Below are positions 61,528 through 64,000 of a stretch of DNA of 64,000 bases, piece by piece (the stretch's first letter is position 1; each line of letters begins with the position of its first letter). Source of the stretch: Longimicrobiales bacterium (GTDB lineage Bacteria; Gemmatimonadota; Gemmatimonadetes; Longimicrobiales; RSA9); contig DATHVP010000062.1 of NCBI GenBank assembly GCA_035461245.1, positions 3,956 to 67,955 of the forward strand, given 5' to 3'. The notes under the pieces are model-generated. The model did not search any database. It worked only from the letters and a program-made list of their open reading frames with translations, and was not told the origin of the DNA. The position numbers and the translations under genes are program-made.

Positions 61528-63939
61528 ATGAACATGGTCACCGCCAGCCGGCGGCTGCTGGCCGAGTTCCGCCGACGCCACGTCTTCCGCGTCGCCGCCG
61601 TCTACCTGGCCGCCGCCTTCGTGGCCTTGCAGCTGGTGGACCTGCTGGTCGAACCGCTGGGTCTGCCGGACTGGACGATGGGCCTGCTCATCGTCGTCAT
61701 TGCCGTGGGCTTCGTTCTGGCCCTTATCCTGGCGTGGGCCTTCGAGCTGACGCCCGATGGCGTGCGCCGCACCGTCAGTACTGACACCGGCGCTGCGCCC
61801 GGGGCGGTGCAGGGTACGACAGCAGCGCAGAGTCCCGGGGCCGCCCCGTCGGCCACGCGGGTCCCGCTTCGCCTCATCCTGGTGGTTACGGCGCTTGTCG
61901 TCGTGAGTGCCGGCGGCTGGATGGCACGCGCCGCACGCGCGCCGGAGCCGGTGGCGGAGGCCGGCACAGCCGTCGCCGTCCTGCCGTTCCACGTCACCAG
62001 CGCAGACGATGACCTGGCCTATCTGCGGGAGGGGCTGGCAGAGTTGCTCACCGGTGCGCTGGCCGAACGGGCAGGCATACCCACCGTATCGCAGCGGCTG
62101 CTGCTCCGTGAGCTGCGGGACGTGCACGATCCTGCCGAACTGGTGACCCGCGCGCCGGACGTGGTCCGCCGCCTGGGGTCAGTCCGCTTTGTGACAGGCG
62201 AAGTGGTGGGTCGCTCGACTCACCTGACCCTCTCCGCGGCGCTGGTGAATGAAGCACGTGGCGACACGATTCGCGCGAGCGTGAGCGGTCCGGAAACCGA
62301 GATCAACGCCCTTGTCGAGCGCCTGGCAGCGCAGTTGCTAGTCGGCGAGATCTCCTGGATCCGCGGTCACGCCGGCAGTCTGGCGGACGTGCCATTGCCC
62401 GCGCTGCGGGAGTACCTGGAGGGCGCGTCACTGCAACGGCAGGGCCGGTTCGCCGAGTCGCTGGACCGGTTCCGCCGTGCGCTGGAGATCGACTCGACGT
62501 TTGCCCTGGCCGCGTTCGGTTTCGAAGTCTCCTCCGGCTGGAGTGACGTTCCCGCAGCGGAGGTCCGGCGGGTGCAGGACATCGCCTGGCGGCACCGCCA
62601 CCGGCTGGGTGCACTGGATCGGCTGCAACTCGAGGGCATGCTGGGCCCGGCGTTTCCGGAGCAGTCGGCGCCATCGGCCCAACTCGCCGTGGTCGAGGAC
62701 GCCCTGCGGGTGATGCCGGACCGGGCGGAGCTGTGGGTGCTGTACGGCGACCTGCTTTTCCATGACGGTCAGGCCATCGGCGCAGTGGACTGGCGCCGGC
62801 GCGCCATCGCCGCATTCGAGCAGGCCAGCGCGCTGGCCCCCGAACATCCGGAAGCCGAGTACCACCTGCTGGAGCTGATGCTGACGGAAGCCGACGCCGG
62901 GAAGTTCAACGGCATCGCGCAACGCCTGCTGGCCCGGGACAGCGTCAGCGACCTCAGGCGGCTGGCTCTCGGTGCCGTCGCCCTTCATGAAGATTCGCCA
63001 TCCGCCTGGGCCGCAGTGCGCGCGGCCTTCCAGTCGGAGAGCAATATCTTCCTGGTTGATATCGCGAACCGGGCACTGCACCTGGGTCGCGGCCTCGACG
63101 AGGTCCTGGCGCTGAGCAGGGACCGTGAGCGCGCAGCCGTCACCGTAGCTGCCGCCGAGGTGCCGGTCACTGTGCAGATCCAGATGCTGTCGAACATGGG
63201 TCGTCCCGGTGAGGCAATGGCAGCGTCCAGGCGCCGACAGCAGCGGGCTGGTGGCATATGGCATCCGGAACACCTCCAGCTTGCGGCGTGGATGGGCTGG
63301 GCGTGGGATGGCGACACGATCCAGGCCCGGACGGCCATGGAAGAACTGCGCGCACTGCTGGACGCTGCCACCGCCCGGCCCGGTGAGGACCCGCCGCATC
63401 CGTTCCACGTCTGCACCGTTGCGATCTTCGATGTGCTGCAGGGGAGGACCGACTGGGCCGCCGGCGTGGCGGCCCGGCTGGAGGCAGACATGGACCGGCT
63501 GGAGGGCCGCTGGCTGCAGATGCAGGCGCAGGCCTGCCCGGTCATCGTCCGGGCCGGCCTGGCCCACGTGTCCGGCACGCGCCAGGAGGCGCTGGCAGCA
63601 CTGCGGGACCTGGAATCCTACCTTGCCACGCAGGCGTTTGGCGCCACTCGCATGCGGGCCGCAGGCAACTTTGTAGCTGCCGCCCTCCACGAGTTCTACG
63701 ACGACAAGCCCGCCGCACTGGCGGCGCTGCGCCGGTTGCAGGACACCGGGTCCACCAACCTGCTGTCCACGGCGCTGCGGGAAGAGGGCCGTCTCCTCGA
63801 GCGGCTCGGTCGCACAGGCGAGGCGGCGGATATCTATCGCCGCTACCTCAGCTTGCGCCGGTCGCCGGAGCCGGCCGCCGCTGCCATGGACGATGCAATC
63901 CGCGGGCGTCTCGCCGCGCTGGAACGCGCTGACCGCTGA
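61528..63939 (+). CDS. Membrane-anchored TPR/helical-repeat protein with TolB-N-like (VAVLPF) module
   Basis: ORF 61486..63939, start at ATG 61528. N-terminal RRRHVFRVAAVYLAAAFVALQ amphipathic/TM motif, a second TM, then AVAVLPFHVTSADDDLAYLREGLAE and long helical repeats. Confidence 0.6.
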   Translation: MNMVTASRRLLAEFRRRHVFRVAAVYLAAAFVALQLVDLLVEPLGLPDWTMGLLIVVIAVGFVLALILAWAFELTPDGVRRTVSTDTGAAPGAVQGTTAAQSPGAAPSATRVPLRLILVVTALVVVSAGGWMARAARAPEPVAEAGTAVAVLPFHVTSADDDLAYLREGLAELLTGALAERAGIPTVSQRLLLRELRDVHDPAELVTRAPDVVRRLGSVRFVTGEVVGRSTHLTLSAALVNEARGDTIRASVSGPETEINALVERLAAQLLVGEISWIRGHAGSLADVPLPALREYLEGASLQRQGRFAESLDRFRRALEIDSTFALAAFGFEVSSGWSDVPAAEVRRVQDIAWRHRHRLGALDRLQLEGMLGPAFPEQSAPSAQLAVVEDALRVMPDRAELWVLYGDLLFHDGQAIGAVDWRRRAIAAFEQASALAPEHPEAEYHLLELMLTEADAGKFNGIAQRLLARDSVSDLRRLALGAVALHEDSPSAWAAVRAAFQSESNIFLVDIANRALHLGRGLDEVLALSRDRERAAVTVAAAEVPVTVQIQMLSNMGRPGEAMAASRRRQQRAGGIWHPEHLQLAAWMGWAWDGDTIQARTAMEELRALLDAATARPGEDPPHPFHVCTVAIFDVLQGRTDWAAGVAARLEADMDRLEGRWLQMQAQACPVIVRAGLAHVSGTRQEALAALRDLESYLATQAFGATRMRAAGNFVAAALHEFYDDKPAALAALRRLQDTGSTNLLSTALREEGRLLERLGRTGEAADIYRRYLSLRRSPEPAAAAMDDAIRGRLAALERADR

Positions 63940-64000
63940 CGCCGCAGCGCGGCTGCCGACGCCTCAGCACCTCAGCGCGCTCGCCAGCCCGCCCGGCCGC

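Noticed and set aside
1-64000. Searched for CRISPR arrays, transposases, integrases, prophage genes, toxin-antitoxin pairs, and tRNA, rRNA, tmRNA and RNase P RNA signatures.
   Set aside because: No regularly spaced repeat-spacer arrays, no transposase- or integrase-like ORFs and no tRNA-like cloverleaf candidates were found in the intergenic gaps. The tandem repeats present have only 2-6 short units.
63940-64000. Possible gene beginning or ending in the last 60 nt.
   Set aside because: There is too little sequence to support any call.

Overview
High-GC bacterial chromosomal window centred on the replication origin. I support 58 protein-coding genes, no rRNA or tRNA, no CRISPR array and no recognisable mobile element. 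The core is the conserved origin neighbourhood. On the minus strand lie rpmH-rnpA-yidD-yidC, and on the plus strand dnaA-dnaN. The dnaA-dnaN spacer carries a DnaA-box cluster and an AT-rich unwinding element (oriC). Two parS sites lie 0.7 kb from a parA-parB-M23 peptidase-bactofilin operon. Other content includes many secreted or periplasmic peptidases: M14, M28, S9, an Ntn asparaginase and a PD40-propeller::gamma-glutamyltransferase fusion. There is a TonB-dependent receptor cluster behind a Fur-like box, plus gcvP, an N-terminally short rho, and a DUF305/LVIVD pair. An eight-gene chemosensory operon (mcp-cheW-R-D-Y-X-B-A) is followed by a coupled sensor-domain protein and GAF histidine kinase. 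An MTA-phosphorylase-like gene is coupled to an MTA deaminase gene. The family mix loosely suggests an FCB-group or Gemmatimonadota-like organism, but this is a low-confidence inference. Most of the six-frame track is shadow ORFs typical of high-GC DNA, and many real genes start at internal ATGs with signal peptides. The most unusual signals are non-coding. First, a 20-bp element sits mirror-symmetrically upstream of the rpmH and dnaA promoters, with a third copy 17 kb away. Second, there is a second DnaA-box-like cluster outside oriC. Third, a 569-bp intergenic region upstream of DUF305/LVIVD contains a perfect 18-bp inverted repeat, extra copies of its arm, and a 15-bp periodic CGAGYC array. 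All functional calls rest on motif and family recognition by eye. No database search was run.
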